Below are positions 13,094-40,660 of a stretch of 64,000 nt of DNA, one piece after another. A model generated the notes under the pieces. It did no database searches. It was not told the DNA's origin and saw only the letters and a list, made by a program, of their open reading frames with translations. Numbering within the stretch: the stretch's first letter is position 1; the number at the start of each line of letters is the position of its first letter. The position numbers and the translations under genes are program-made. The stretch lies in NCBI GenBank assembly GCA_963693365.1, contig CAVNZM010000002.1, forward strand, positions 15,161,615-15,225,614. Direction: 5' to 3'. This DNA is from Amoebidium appalachense (Eukaryota; Protista; Ichthyosporea).

Positions 13094-14578
13094 GTGGCAC
13101 ACACACACACACACACACTATACACACACACACACACACACACCAACACTCTACCCCATTTCCGTATCAAATTATGACCCCCACCCCACAGTCCGGCCCC
13201 GCTGTCTGCCCCCACTGCGGTAGCCACGACATCAAAACCAAATACTCGTCCCTCGGACTTCTGGAAGTGCAAGGAATGATCAAACCCCCCCGCTTGTGCA
13301 CCCATTCCTTGTACCAAGACCCCGCAAAAATCGAAATTTCAAGTGCCCGCTTTCTCCTCTTTGCCCACATGGTGTTCTGTTTCCACGACCTTCCAGCGTT
13401 CCTGCCTGTAATCCTCGATTTTGACGAAGCCGTTGCGCCTTTAATAGAGCATTTTGATTGGTTGAGCCCCGCAATCGGTCACGTGCTCATGCAAGCGGCG
13501 GCTAAAATCATCGCCAACTATGGTGCAAATATGTTTGGAGACAATAAAAACAGGTTGCTCGCAGTAGCTAGAGACCGTCTTTCTCAGAGTCTCACGGTAC
13601 CAACCAACGGTGAAAGAGGCGAAGAAATCTCAAAAATCGCACCGTATTGCGAAGTCTTTTCCCACATTACCATGCGCGGTGAATCGCACGAATTTATTGA
13701 AGAGTATATGCGCAGCAATGCAAACTCGGCGAAAACCGCACAGGAATTCCTTATAACGGCGAGAAACATGTATACCGCTATCCAACTGCAAGCACGGGAA
13801 AAGAACGTTTCGATGGGTGCGATCCTCCAATCAATGGACCCCCAAAACAACCGATACGGAAGTTTCATTCAGATGGTTGCGGCGTATATCACGTGGTTGG
13901 AGATAGGTGCAAGACACCACACCATTGCTCACCTTCCATATCCAGGAAAGAACACAACGATTGAAAAGGAAGCTGCGATGCATACAGACACCTTAGCAAC
14001 CACATACCTCATCATGAACGAAACGGGGGAAGAGAAAACTGGCGGTGTTGTTTCCGTGGCTTGAGGTGGCGGTAGCAGGAGAAACGTGGGGAAGGGTGCT
14101 GTTGATGGGGGTGGATGGGGACAAGATGGGTGTGATTCAGAACAAGAAAAACACACAGAGTGCAAAGACACCACCAGAGAAAAAGAAGGGGAAAGAAGTC
14201 GGGGATGCGATAACTCGCTGTGTGGGCGGAGAGGTGGCAGAGGGAAATTGTGCGCAGTGTGGAGGTGTGCCTGGAGGGCTGCAGGTGTGTGGGGGCTGCC
14301 GGTTGGTGGCCTACTGCGGCCGCAACTGCCAAAAGGCCCACTGGCGGGCTGGCCACAAGGCGGAGTGCCAGCCACGGGGTAGGGGCACACAGCCACACAC
14401 AGCAGTGGCACACGCACAAGCACACACAGGCACACACACAGCCACATACAGGCACGTGCAGGCACACACAAGCACAGGCACAGGCACACACACAGCCACA
14501 TACAAGCACATGCAGGCGCACACAGGCACAGGCACAGGCACGCACACAGCCACACACAGGCATGGACAGGCACTGTGA
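10951..14578 (+). CDS. Family paralog B with C-terminal MYND zinc finger (one frameshift near 14035)
   Basis: Exons 10951-10963 (MSEQ, phase 1), 11709-12019 (..VARRRKE|GT) and 13192 onward (SGPAVCPHCGS..LCTHSLYQDP..AAMHTD). After a 1-nt frame change it continues VLFPWLEV..CAQCG..LQVCGGCRLVAYCGRNCQKAHWRAGHKAEC, a MYND pattern. The end is either the stop at 14578 or a donor at ~14379. Confidence 0.8.
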
Positions 14579-15978
14579 CACACACACACATACAGGCACA
14601 GGCACCCACTGGCACAGGGACATGCATAGGCACAGGCGCATACGCATAATCACACACATGCAAAAATACATGCACACCGTGAGGTAAACTGGCATAGGCA
14701 CACACAGGCACAGGCAAAGGCACGTGTACGTATATACACTGTCACGTACAGGTGCACGTCAGGCGCACATTTGCAGGCACACTAGCTATGTCAAACACGA
14801 GAATACGCACAGTGTGACAGGCACACGACAGGACCGGTGCTCTTGTACGGGCACACATATACCGTACTGGCGCAAGCACAGGCAAAATGTTTACACACAA
14901 GCAGAGGCAAAATGTGCCTCATATGATGGCACCCGCCTTAGGGTGATTCCACTGAGTAAATGGAGCAAAACAAGACTCCCACCATTGTAAATACTAAATA
15001 TGGCAATTTCTTTCCTTGCAGACGCCTCGGCGGTGCCACAGCGGCTACCGAAAGGGGCATGAGGGGAGTTCACGCAGCAAGACGCTCACCAGCGGCCCAA
15101 TTATGGGAACATTACCATAATTATGTGATACGAGCAGCTATTTGTGTACTAATAGTCAAACCACCAAACTATAAATGAAATTTCCAACCAGTTTAGGGTG
15201 TTAAACACCAGCGAATTGAATCTTCAATGGCAGTAGCGCGCGCCGCCTTAATAGCACGTGCACAACATGAATAACTGTGATATTTCTACTTTTTTCGTTG
15301 TTTTACTATAATTGGAAGTTTTCATGTGGTGAAAGTTTGTTAGTTTTAATCCGAACTTGTGAAGAATGCCAGTGGTCGAGTAACATTAGCTTGGGGAAAT
15401 CCCTGGGTTTGCAGATTACATACATAATGAACTTACGGCCACACACACACACAGACACACACACACACACACACACCCACACACCCACTCACCCCCACAC
15501 ACACACACAAACACACACCCTCTAATATTATATCTCACCTTTTTTCAGTAAAATCTTGCAGATTGCAAATTTTGCTCACTTCAACACGTGCATCCTCGAT
15601 TACCCTATGTACCTTCAATCGTAGATACGATTGAGCCACAGTATGCAACCGTGCTGGAATAAATTTGATTACACTTGTGTATCACAAGTAATGGGATGTC
15701 GGTGAATGTGAAGCAGGGCAACTTCAGCTCAAGATGATGGTGATTAGGGGGGGGGGGGGGGGGGAGGGGAGGGGGGGGGGGGGGAGGATTTTGCAAAAGA
15801 GAGTGTGAGCCAGTGAGTGAGGGAGAGAGAGAGAGTGTGTGTGTGCTGGTAGGAAGGGGGCTCTCAGCTTGAGGGGAAGGGGGGGAGGGGGGGGGGGGGG
15901 GGACTCGGGGGGTTGTCTTTGGAGGGTGGGGGGAAGGGGGGGGGGGGGGGGGGGGGACTCGGGGGGTTGTTGGTTTGG

Positions 15979-16036
<58 letters not shown>

Positions 16037-16171
16037 TATGTACAGAGTGAAGGTGAGGGAGGGCATGAGCCTAGGCCTGATCGATATTGGTTGGGTGGGT
16101 GGGTGGTGACGGTGGTGGTGCATGCGGTGATGATCATTGGTTGGTTGGTAGGCCGGAGAGGGGGGAGGGCA

Positions 16172-16217
<46 letters not shown>

Positions 16218-16381
16218 AGGGAGGGTCGGGAGGAGCCTCGGAGGAGGCCTAGGGGAGGGGTCCGTGTGGAGGTGCAGGGTAGGCAGATGGGAACAACAAT
16301 TTACTAGATTTAAAGGAAAGAAAGTCAAAAATTAGGCGATTGTGCAAGTGAGTGTGCGTAGGTGCGCATATAATTCAATGA

Positions 16382-17201
16382 TTATCGCCCGCCTTAAACC
16401 AACCTCCCGGACTACCATTTTAGACCCGATCGAGGGTGATCCGATCGAGGATAAAAAATGGGCCTGGCGCGGCTTATGAATCTCTCGAATCTATCGATCG
16501 TAAATGATTCGTAATTACGCAATCGAAGGCGTGACGTAAAAAGAGGCCCAGATGACGTCACAACCTCGTTTGCGTAATTATGATCTTATTATTATGTATT
16601 TGTAGTTATGGACTCGATTAATAAACCAGGTTGTGTATGTAGTGGTGAGTGTTGTGGTGTTTGTTGGTATAGGTGTACTTGTGCAGTTAACTCGAATGTG
16701 TTTTGTAGTGGCACATAAATCCCAGGCTAAGCTAATAGGTGCTCTTGACTGCCGGTAGTGGTAACAGACGTAGGCCCTCCTGAGTGATTACGTGGTACGC
16801 TGGAGGCTCACACGATGATATTTGTATCTCTCATAGTATCGATGAGTGTAACTGCAGCCATACTGCAATTGAACTTCCTACATTTTTTTCATCGGGTTTA
16901 TTTATACTAGACAGCTACATATCCGTCACGAGAAACTTTTCGCAGCAAAAAACGTGTGACTGGGCATCAAAAATGATCAAATGTGGTCCGTGGCGCACGT
17001 GCTCACTTTTCCCTTTTATCGCTTGCTTCCGGCCTGGTTGAAGCTGTGGTTTTCTTGCAAATACAGTTTTATAATTATTACATATATAGATAGATTCGAG
17101 AGATTCACAAGCCGCGCCAGGCCCATTGGAAATCCTCGATCTGATCGACCTTGATCGTGTCTAAAATGGTAGATACGGACCTTGCTTTAAAATAGGCATA
17201 A
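16382..17201. mobile_element. MITE-like element (~820 bp) with long imperfect terminal inverted repeats
   Basis: 16413-16495 (TACCATTTTAGACCCGATC..AATGGGCCTGGCGCGGCTTATGAATCTCTCGAATCTATC) is an imperfect reverse complement of ~17089-17171. Weaker similarity extends ~30 bp outward, to a TA on each side. No convincing internal ORF. Confidence 0.7.
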
Positions 17202-17387
17202 CCTGTCCTGCAGAGAGCAGGCACGAATGGAATCTATGTGTAACTGGGTGACCGATACCGTGAGCACACACGTGTGTTAGATGGCAGCACGTGATTCCCC
17301 GTATGTATGCACGGTGTTTGAGTTGGTGTGTGTCCTAGCTACTAGTAGGGTTTTGGTGACAAGGTGGTCGTGGGGGGTTTTTTTTTT

Positions 17388-17461
<74 letters not shown>

Positions 17462-18415
17462 GAAGGCATAAGCAGAACTGTAGATAGGTAAGATAGGTAG
17501 ACTGTTCAACTAAGCTAGTGTTTCATTTGATATGTGACGTGCACACATGGTGAATCGACCAACGATCAGTGCGAGTAATTACATATTGGTATGGGATAAA
17601 CTGCCTAAAAAACAACTGTTATTCCGTGGTCTTGGAAAGATCATACTTGATTTCATCTATTTGGGCCACACATCAACCGAATGAAACAGACACACATTGT
17701 GTAAGTGGGTGGGTCTGGGGTTACATATCCACCTAGCCCCCGATTTGTATGTGCGTGTGGAAGTGCATGTTTGTACCCTTCCGGCTAATCAAAAAAAAAA
17801 GGCATACCATTCTAAGCTTTAAATACTTTAACAGACAACAAATCGAATCGAAGGGAAACCTACTCTTACATACATACACATACAGAATCTGCCCCTGCCC
17901 CCCCCCCCCCCCCCCGCGCCGCGGACGCCCCAGGTCCCCCCGACATTCCTACCGTCAAGTGCCTACACGAACGGAAATACATCTAAAAATACATTAAAGC
18001 TAACATAGTGATGTGTGTTGTATCGTCAGCTGTGCTTGCCGGTGCATACTTTGCAATTTTATGTGTGTGTATGTGTGTGTACACGCACACGTGTCTCTGA
18101 GTGTGTGGATGTGAGTGAGTGTGTTGTGGGCAAGTATACATGTGTGCACGGGCGCACATGTTAAAAGTGCACGTAGATCTGCGTCTATGTGTGCATGTAT
18201 GTGTTTGTTGTCTGCTGTATAGCACAAAATCCTAATGCCCAGCAAATTTCATAGCATATCTCATCTCAACACCCGGGCCACTCCTTGCAGATAGCTCAGG
18301 GCTTGGATGCGTTGTCTGTGGGTGTTTTTTGGTATGGGTCAGCATAGGTGATTAGTGCTCTTCCTTCTTTGTTTTCCATTGTATTTCTTATTTCCTTCTC
18401 ATTCCTATTCTTCCC

Positions 18416-18446
<31 letters not shown>

Positions 18447-18817
18447 ATTTTCCTTTTATTTTGTGTGTGTGTAAGGAGGGGGGAGGGGGGGGGGGGAGGG
18501 GGGGGGGGGAGGGGGTGAGGGGAGGGAGGGGGGAGGGATGCAGGATACAAGACAAAGGCGGCAGGAAAGGGTGGGTGGGTGGGGGAGGGGGGAGGGGGGG
18601 AGGGGGGGAGCATCTCGCAGTGCAGATCATTCACACATGCATCTCTGTGTTGATGAGTAGGCAAAGGTGCCTATGTGGGGTTCTTTGCTTGCATTCACAT
18701 GTACACGTCCCCCACGAATGCTTGTGTGTGCATGTGTGCACCTGTGTGCCCCCATCTGTGACCGTCTGTGCCTGTGCCTGTGCCTGTGTGTGTGTGTGTG
18801 ACTGTGTGTGTGTGACT

Positions 18818-18848
<31 letters not shown>

Positions 18849-19003
18849 CGTGTGCGCGCGCGAGCGTGCGTGTGTTTCCTTGTGTAACTACGTTTATGGC
18901 TTTGTGTGCCTATACTTGTGCATGTGTGCCTGTGCCTGTGTGTGTTGCCTGTACCTGCGAATGCCTGTGTGTGCCTGTGTGTACCTGTGCCTGTGCAGCT
19001 GTG

Positions 19004-20966
19004 CTATTGTGTGCATGTGCCTGTGTGTGCCTGTGTGTGCCTGTGTGTGTGCCTACCCCGTGGCTGGCACTCCGTCTTGTGGCCGGCCCGCCAGTGGGCC
19101 TTCTGGCAGTTGCGGCCGCAGTAGGCCACCAACCGGCAGCCCCCACATACCTGCAGTGGCATGCCCACCAGACTCCACGTACCCACCACACCACACTGCG
19201 CACACCTCGAACACGGCTCCTCCACACGCCCATTCTTTCCCTTTTTCTCTTTGTTGTTCTTCTTTCCCACTTTCACCCCGACCTCCGCCTTCTGCCGAAG
19301 ATCTCTCAATTTCTCGTCGTGGTTTGACCCAAAGCACACATAGTGTTCCCACTTGCGATCTGCCATAACAACCTCCAACCAAGGGAATATTTCGTGTAGT
19401 TCACTCGCAACCTCACCATAAAGAAAGTAGATAATCGCAAACGAATCCGTGTACATAGCAGCCGCTTTGTCCAAAACCGTCACTTGGCCGGTGGGTAGGA
19501 CATACCGTAAATCCCGGACGTTTCCGGTATTTTTGGAACGGTGATAGAGAAAAAGGATACATGCGTGCGCCAATGCATAGCCCGCTGCGAGTACCCTCTG
19601 TATGTCGCGATTTTCGGAGAAAGTCTGCATCGGTGATTGGTAATCGTTTGCCCTTCCGTCGATCAGAGTCCGATTAGTCAAAACCAGTAAACGCATCATA
19701 ACCGCCGCGATTCTGACCGCATATTCGTCGTTGGACACGAATTTCCGTAAATTTTCATCTGTGACTTGTTCTTGCTCCATTAGCAACATGAATGCCTTAC
19801 CGACCGTTTCCACTATATCCTGTGAAATTTCGGCTTTTTCGTCTTTTCCCGTCAACGTGTCGATGTTCTTTTCGGCCAACAAAAAGCAATGCCACAACAT
19901 TTCGGTTTTTTCCACCGGAAAACCTTCCGCTGTATCTGCGCTAGCGACCGAAACAACGATTTTAATAGCATTCCTGCGTGCTTCTGGCTCCAAAACGTCC
20001 AAATGCTCCATAATTTCCGGAAGCCGTTTCTCAAATTCCAGCAGAAACGGTCTGAAACCCCCCGTCTTGCCTAACAATGCAAGGATCAACCCAGTGAATC
20101 TCAATCGGCAGATTGCCAAATCGGTTACAAACGGTTCGGGCCGGATGTCGTGCGTGCAATCAGTAGATTCATCGTTTTCGTTTTCGTGTTTATGCACACC
20201 TAGTAGCCCCAGATCCGCATATTTGTCGGTGATATCACCACTGCCACAGTGAGGGCATTTTTCTGGGCCGGGCTGTGTGGGATTGGGGGGGGGGGAGGGG
20301 GGGGGAGAGTGATAGGGTCGTGGTGGTGGTGGTAGTGGTGGTGGTGGGGAGGGGGGGGGGGGGGGGGGGGGGGGGAGGGGGGAGGGGAAGGGAAGAGGGA
20401 GGGGTTAGAGAACGAGCCCAGAAGGGGGAAATGGAAGACGGGGGAACGTGTATGTGTGTGTGTGTGCGTGTGTGTGTGTGTTTGTGCTTGCCTGTGTGCG
20501 CTTGTTTGTTGGAGGGGGGCCTGGGCCTGGGAGACGAGAGGGGGGGGGGGGGGGGAGGGGGGGGAAGGGGGGGAGGGGGGGAGGGGGGGGGGAGGGGGGA
20601 TAAGGCTGTGACATAGGGTGCCAAGCACACATTTACCACCGACTACACAACAAAATTTTTGCAAAAAAAGATGCAACAGAAGCACACACGGTGTATGCAT
20701 CATAGAAGGCAACCATCCTAAGGACCCCGAAGTCAAACAAAGTACCCAAGTGTTGGCCGATTCACCTTGCACGCAACCCACCCAACTCAAACACTGCTTC
20801 ATTTGAACACGGGTGGGTCACCCGTCTTGGTCAGAGGCGTGCAGGGCTTTTATGCCAGCCAAAAACAGGAAAAAGAAGTGGGAAGGGCCAGGGGTTAAAG
20901 TTGCAGCAGTAAACAACAGAATTCGTGGGATTGTGGGAGTGTCACGAGTGCGGTACTTTAGAGAGT

Positions 20967-21042
<76 letters not shown>

Positions 21043-21056
21043 CGAGAGAGTGTGTG

Positions 21057-21109
<53 letters not shown>

Positions 21110-21141
21110 GGTGGGTGTGTGTGTGTGTGTGTGGTGGTGGT

Positions 21142-21178
<37 letters not shown>

Positions 21179-22719
21179 CTACCAAATTCTTCTTCTCTCT
21201 CACCACCTGCTCCGTCTCCCTAATCGTCTCCAATGCGAAATCCAAAAATTCAACCATTTTTACCGGTAAATCCGGGTTTTTCCTTATCAACCACGAAGAC
21301 GAGTAGTGACGAATGTCTACACTTTTATCAGCCCCAAGTGCGGAAAATACCCCCTCTGAATCCCGGACCAGGCGCTGTAATTTCGGAATGTAGCGGGGGG
21401 TCCACAGGAAGATTTTTCGTCGGACAAATCCTGAAGGGTTTCCAGGACTTGCGCAAGACGCCCCCTCTTGTCCATCGAGGGGAAATAATGAAATGATTCC
21501 ATTTCTGGTTGTATATAATTGTAAGTGTGTGCACGTTCTTTTGGGGGGAAGGGGGGGGGGGGGGGGGGGGGGGGTGAGGGGAAAAGAAGAGAGGGAGAGG
21601 GTACAGATTGGGTTGCGAATAGGCGCAGGCAAGGTACCGGGGATAGAAAGATCGGTGTGTGTGTGTGTGTGTGTATGTGTGTGTGTGTGTGGTGTGTGGG
21701 TGGGGGGGAAGGGGGGGTGTATGTGTGTGTACGTGTGTGTGTTGAGGGAAGGGGAGCGGGGGGAGGGATGTAGGCAATTTTCTGCGCATGAGCAATGATA
21801 GAAAGAAGAAAAGTACCAAGAGTATCACTGTTTCTCTATACGTTGTTAGCCCTGACACGGCGGGGAAGAGGGAAATTAGATGGGGGATCCAACACCCTGC
21901 AACACAGGGGAAACAGTGTTGGAAAACCCGAAAAGCAAGAATGGCCCCACACTGCGGTGGACTTTAAATTCAAGACGGGTTGAGAGAGAGAAAGAGTAGC
22001 GAGCTGGGAGGGAGAGGGAAACACGGGGGAGGCGGGTAGAGGGGGAGGGAGGGGAAGGAAGAGAGAGGGGAGAGGGGGAGGGGAGGGGGTGAGTGGGAGT
22101 GTTAGGTAGGGAAGAGCAGGATAGAGCATCAGTCAAGGGTGAAGGGAGGGAAGAGGGGAGGTAGGGGAAGAGAAGGGGAAGGGGAGCGAGCCAGCGAGAG
22201 AGAGAGAGAGAGAGAAGGAGGGAGGGAGGAAGGGAGGGGGGAGGGAGGGAGGGAGAGAGGGAGAGAGAGGGAGAGAGGAGAGAAGAGAGATGACGAACGG
22301 AAGGAGAGGAAGGGGGCCGGGAGGAGGGAGAGGGAAAGGGAGGGAGGAGCGGGCGAGAGATGGAGGATGGGGAGAGTAAGAGAGAAGGTGTGTGTGTGCG
22401 TGTGCGTGCGTGCGTGCGTGTGTGTGCGCCCGCATGCGTGCGTGTAAATGAACTGCGTATGACAGTCTGTCAAACAACAAAAACGAAACTGCAAGGCAGT
22501 TGGGGCTTGAAACGGAAAGGACGTGGGGAGCCCCCCTCCCCCCCCCCCCCTTCCCCCCCCCCCCCCCCCCTCCACCTCTACCTCCACCCCACCAGCCACC
22601 TCCCCCCCCCCCCCCCCCCCCCGAGAAAATAAATCCCTACCGCTCTCGCTTAGGTCTGTGCTCGTGTCAGAACTATCCTCCGAGCCCTCTGTCCAGTCGT
22701 CTTCTACCCTCCACTCCAT
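19004..22719 (-). CDS. Family paralog C with C-terminal MYND zinc finger (one frameshift near 21415)
   Basis: Exons 22719-22641 (MEWRVEDDWTEGSEDSSD.., phase 1), 21504-21183 (..VVREKKNL|GT) and 20272-19004 (PGPEKCPHCGS..DCTHDIRPEP..AAAMYTD..IFPWLEV..CAQCG..LQVCGGCRLVAYCGRNCQKAHWRAGHKTEC). Confidence 0.8.
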
Positions 22720-24918
22720 GACTGAGAGCCCCTGGTTCGCCCATGCACTACTAAAGAAAAAACGAACACAACACGCTTAACTACCAGTTTTCTGCCATTT
22801 TTGCAATCACAACAAACACATCAGTTATAAAGGAAAGAAGGTATTTCGTGCCCCAAAGGCTGGAACGATGAGTTTGAAACAAAAAAACTAAACGTTATTT
22901 TAAACGCAAAAAAGTACACGCCGCGCGTGTGGAACAAAACAGTGCCGGCGGTGGGAAAAAATATCCTTATCATTGCGCCATCAGCTAGGTGTATTGACGA
23001 ATCATTACCTGTTTGTATTAACCTTATTTGGCGTTATGGTTTCGTCACCATGGCACAACATTATTTGCCAATAATAGCATGCGAACAAATCGCGCAGTGT
23101 CATATCAGGAAGGCATTGGACATTTAATAAAGAAATAATACAGTTATGTGGGCAAAAAAAGGGGCGTGGTCCAAAGGAAAAATACATGTGGTTTGGAGTT
23201 CAAGGGCAGAAGTCACTACAGTACTAAAAACCTCCGAGCACGCACGCACGCGAGACCAATATGGAATGCAACATCGAATGCCATCATGTGCACCATCGTC
23301 CATCGAGCGCCCGGTACAAGGCACTTCTCAACGCTGCCTGTTCACATCTTCAGTCTCCAAGGCAATAGTATATTGGCTGTTTGCTAAAAAAAAACCATTT
23401 GAATAATTATGGTGCCTCTTTTCCTGGTTAGAATTTTGACATTCCCTGCCTGTAACTGTGAGTGAGATTAGCACCCGAGCTGCACGTGGTGCAGAAGTGC
23501 AACAATGCGGCAGCTGCAGCATTGTCAACAGCAAGCCTACTTCGCAGCTGTACGATGCGTCATCCACATTCGCAACAAGACACTTACATAAGCAGGATTA
23601 GGTTTGTTTAACTGGGCGTTTTTCGATAGATAAATGAAGATAACAGAAATAACAAAAAAAAATCCACAAACCGAGGAATAGGCCTACTATTCAAAGAAAC
23701 TGGGCACGATCAGACAAATTTCTGGAATGCTCCTGGAATGCGGAGTCGTGATGCCGCGACAAGCACAGCGCATGTGACTGTCTGACTGTACAGCCCCGAA
23801 AACTGGCAGTATAAACTGTTGCCATCACACTAGGAATATTGCGTTAGCAACAAGGCAAAATAAATAGATTCCCTGTTTATGGAGAAAAAATTAAATAATC
23901 ACTATACATATAAATATTGCCCAAGCACATTTTATTGGTACCTGCGACGAGTCGAGTTAAAAGCCTCTGGTATGGAGCAGGGTGTATCTGATTGGTTAAG
24001 AGCCAATAAAGGCTAAAAAGCCCGAATTGTGAGGAATTTTCACTACCTTTCCATCAGGATGACTAATTAGAGCTTGAACCTTTTTTTCATTTCCTCTCTT
24101 CTTCTTCTTCTTCTTATTCTTCTTCTTCTTCTTTCTTTTTGTTCGCAAAGTCTCTTTAAAGGATGACAAAAGGATTATCCGTGCTCACAAGCACAAGCCT
24201 TGGGCTATCTGAAACATAGAAAACGCGTCAGTTGACTATTGGACCAGGTGGGTGTCAAGTTGTTTTCACCGTGAGCTGACAAAGTAAAATTTTGCACGGA
24301 ATGCATTCCTGTCCAATGAGCCTCGTCAAATAAATTAATTGGGCGCCGTGACTCCGCCCGTTCACATGATGTCAGGGCTACTAAAAAAACTACGTTATAA
24401 TTTTTATAACATGCACCATGCTTTTGCAAGGCTGGGGCGCACAGACGGTTGAACTTCCATGCAATCCAGATTGTGACTGTAGATTTTAGCAGACACGCAT
24501 AAACACACTGTTTGTATCCGTTGCTAAGGTCGGTCTACAACACAACATTTTTTGTCAAATCCCTTGCGCATGCGGCCAAACGGCAAACCATAGCAGCTAT
24601 GATACTCGCTGCTTCTGTCTCTGTAGTACATTGCATACAATAGATCATGTGCCCACATGTGCACCTGCCCACGGTGCACACATGTTCCTTGACCATGTAC
24701 AGACGCCTGTAGTATCTGCACACATGTGACTGAGTGTCTAGCAGGAAAAAGAAAAAAAAGGTGAGCACAAGGCTTGTTGGTTGCTAGAGGTGCTTGTCAA
24801 TTGCACCAAGCGACATGCATGATTTGGTGTTACACACGCGCGCACATGCACACGCACGCATATATATACACACACCTACACACACCCTCACACACCACAC
24901 ATGCGCACAAACGCACGT

Positions 24919-24957
<39 letters not shown>

Positions 24958-25324
24958 CACACCCACACCCACACACACTCACGCACACACGCACGCACAC
25001 GAGCGACGCATGCACAAGGGCACACAACATGCCACACACGTGCCAAACATTTACACACATGCACACGCACAGAAACACACATGCACGGACACACGCACAC
25101 ACAGTGTCACATGACACTCAAAAGCAAACCTGACACCACAATCACAGACACCCGCATTTACACATAAGCAAATGAAACCGATATACCCGTGTCTACTGAT
25201 CACTACACACCCGGGCGGCACGCACACATGCAACGTGATGAACACAGTCACCACACATCACATACACACGCGCGTGCGCGCGCACACACACACACGCACA
25301 CGCACACGCACCACACACGCACAC

Positions 25325-25403
<79 letters not shown>

Positions 25404-25749
25404 TGTCACACACACCCTACCGGCGGCATGTCCAAACTAGTATACATTGCACCCATCATGACGCACACACTAGCTCATTTCTGCATACACCCTCGGTCAC
25501 ACACAACACTTTCACACGCCATCAAGCCATTGTACATTCAAAGAAGGCCCTCAGAAAATCCGAAAAATTCGCATGCACACTACCGTACTGGCACGGGACA
25601 CTGGGGAGACGCAGGATATTGAGTACTCAACAGCACTCACACAGAAACAGAAAATACACAACCCCCGATTTCGAAGACCTTCACACACACAGACAATGTC
25701 ACGGGCGTGCGCGAGCACGTAAACACGCACACACACGCACACAGAAACA

Positions 25750-25802
<53 letters not shown>

Positions 25803-26159
25803 AGACACAACACACTCACACACACCGTGCCCCCCCCCCCCCCCCCCCCCCCCCCTCCCCCCCTTCCCACCAAACACACACACGCATAAGCACACTTACA
25901 AACTCACATACACAAACACACCCACGCGCACACAATACAAACACTCTCACTCACAACCACTCCCCCTCCCCCTCCCTCACTCACAATCACACTCACACAC
26001 ACCAACACAGACACATGCACAGCATTCCTTTGAATACAAGCAGCATACCCACTCCGAGGTGCACCCAACATTCGCACGCAGGTACACAGTTTGTTTACAC
26101 ATGTTCCCGTCCACGCACGCACACACACACACACACACACAAACACACAAACACAAACA

Positions 26160-26298
<139 letters not shown>

Positions 26299-26335
26299 CT
26301 TCTTGTTAACACACGTGACCATTATTATTTTACAG

Positions 26336-38706
<12,371 letters not shown>

Positions 38707-40089
38707 TATATCCCACAAGTTATCCCAAAAACAATTCCAACAGAAGCATATACCCTAATTGGCAATGCTCTGTTAAAGACAGTAACGTACCAACCGTCGT
38801 CTAATCCTAGGAGTATGTAGAGTACATATTACTTTTAACTTTTTTTTGTAAGATGCTGTGCAGAGGCTGTTTTTATTTTCACTTGATGCAGGTTTTTAGA
38901 TAGATGGTTGGTCGTAGGCTATTAAATTTTCTTTAAGAGAGCTGGATATAGACACTGCATACACCTTTTTTGTCTTCCCAGAGTTACAGGTGTGTAGTGT
39001 ATTGCCCGCGACACTTTTAAGTTATTGTGCACATGCGGCATGGGGATCATATGAAAGCTGGTGACCGTATTTGTGGTTATCTGTTCTTCTGCGATAGTGG
39101 CTGTGGGACCTTTAAAGGATTATTTTTGTAAATATGCGACGGTCGCGTTTTCGTTGGCCATGGTTGGCAAAATATTGAATCCAACAAAAAATGGTGGATA
39201 CTGTTATTCTTAAAACCCTATTTATTTTTCATTTGGTCTTGCGCTAAGTTGAGAAGCATGACCATACCGAATTCGGATATGTCGATGCATTTATGCAGGT
39301 ACCTACCGGTGAAGCTATAATTATTAAAGTATTAATAGCCGAGTGTTCTGTGTCGCACCGTTAACTAATTATGTAGTTGCATGATTAACCCTCTATTGCT
39401 TAATTTGTTCAAGATATCGATCATGGTGTCCGCGGCTTGTGGGAGTTTATCTGCACGTGCATACACATCACGTGACACCTATCCGATGATCATATGCAGG
39501 CACTCCGTAAGTGGGCACGCGCACACACGAACTCACACTCTGCATAGTCCGCTAGGTTATTTGGGACGCAGTGTAGTCGATGCGAGCACATGGTGGGTGA
39601 GCCGGTACCCTATAGCCCCCATGATATTCAATGCACGGTGATTCCGTCGACTATGAGAGCACCCACTTAACCACTAGTGTTCCATACACTATATGCAAGA
39701 GTGGTTGTGCACGACCAACTTCATTGCAAACTCAATTTGATGAGATAAAGTTCTAATGTGATGTACATGACAATACACAACAGCCAACTCAGAAATAAAT
39801 TGAAAGTATGATGACAAAGTGATACAAGGAGTGCATAATTTACATGCCCACATGTACACGTGTACACATTGTCAACCAGCACGTACACACAGATGCACAA
39901 GTTTCAAGCAGCATGAACAGCTTTGCACCTATCAGAGCATGTACCTACAAAGAGACAAGGCACGCTTCGGGTCACACACGTGCACTGATATCAACACGCC
40001 GCTAGACACATCCACGAGGTGTACACACGTGCACATCTGGTGATACCGCGATGCTAATATTCATCTACAAGGGAAATTATTTGCTATCT

Positions 40090-40129
<40 letters not shown>

Positions 40130-40161
40130 ACACACACACACCAAAAAAAAAAAAAAAAAAA

Positions 40162-40217
<56 letters not shown>

Positions 40218-40449
40218 GTTACTCCACCCATCCACACATACACACAAAAAGAGAGGGGGGGAGGGGGGGGGAGGCACGTGCACCTGTACACACGTGCACC
40301 CAGCATGCCGAGGAACACGATTCTGTCAACTAACCGGGTCTATAATTTTCATTTTGTTGATAGACGGCATACTTGAAGCAGTAAAAATTCATGGGCTTTT
40401 CTAACCAGGCACACGTTGCTGCAGTGGTAAACTGGTATACAAGAGGACA

Positions 40450-40660
40450 TCGAGAGATACGTCAGATATACCGAATACATACGAGAGATATCGTGGGGTG
40501 TACCAAAGATATACGAGATATACGACATATACCAGAGGCACAGTAAAAGATGTGAGATATACGAGATATACGACATATATTAGAGACACAGTAACAGATG
40601 TGAGATATACCATTGATACACCGAACATATCGTGGGATATACCGAGATATAGCGCTGTAT
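40450..40660. repeat. Imperfect tandem repeat built on GAGATATACGACATAT
   Basis: Two ~50-bp copies of GATATACGAGATATACGACATAT..AGAG.CACAGTAA.AGATGTGA plus degenerate flanking copies. Confidence 0.6.
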
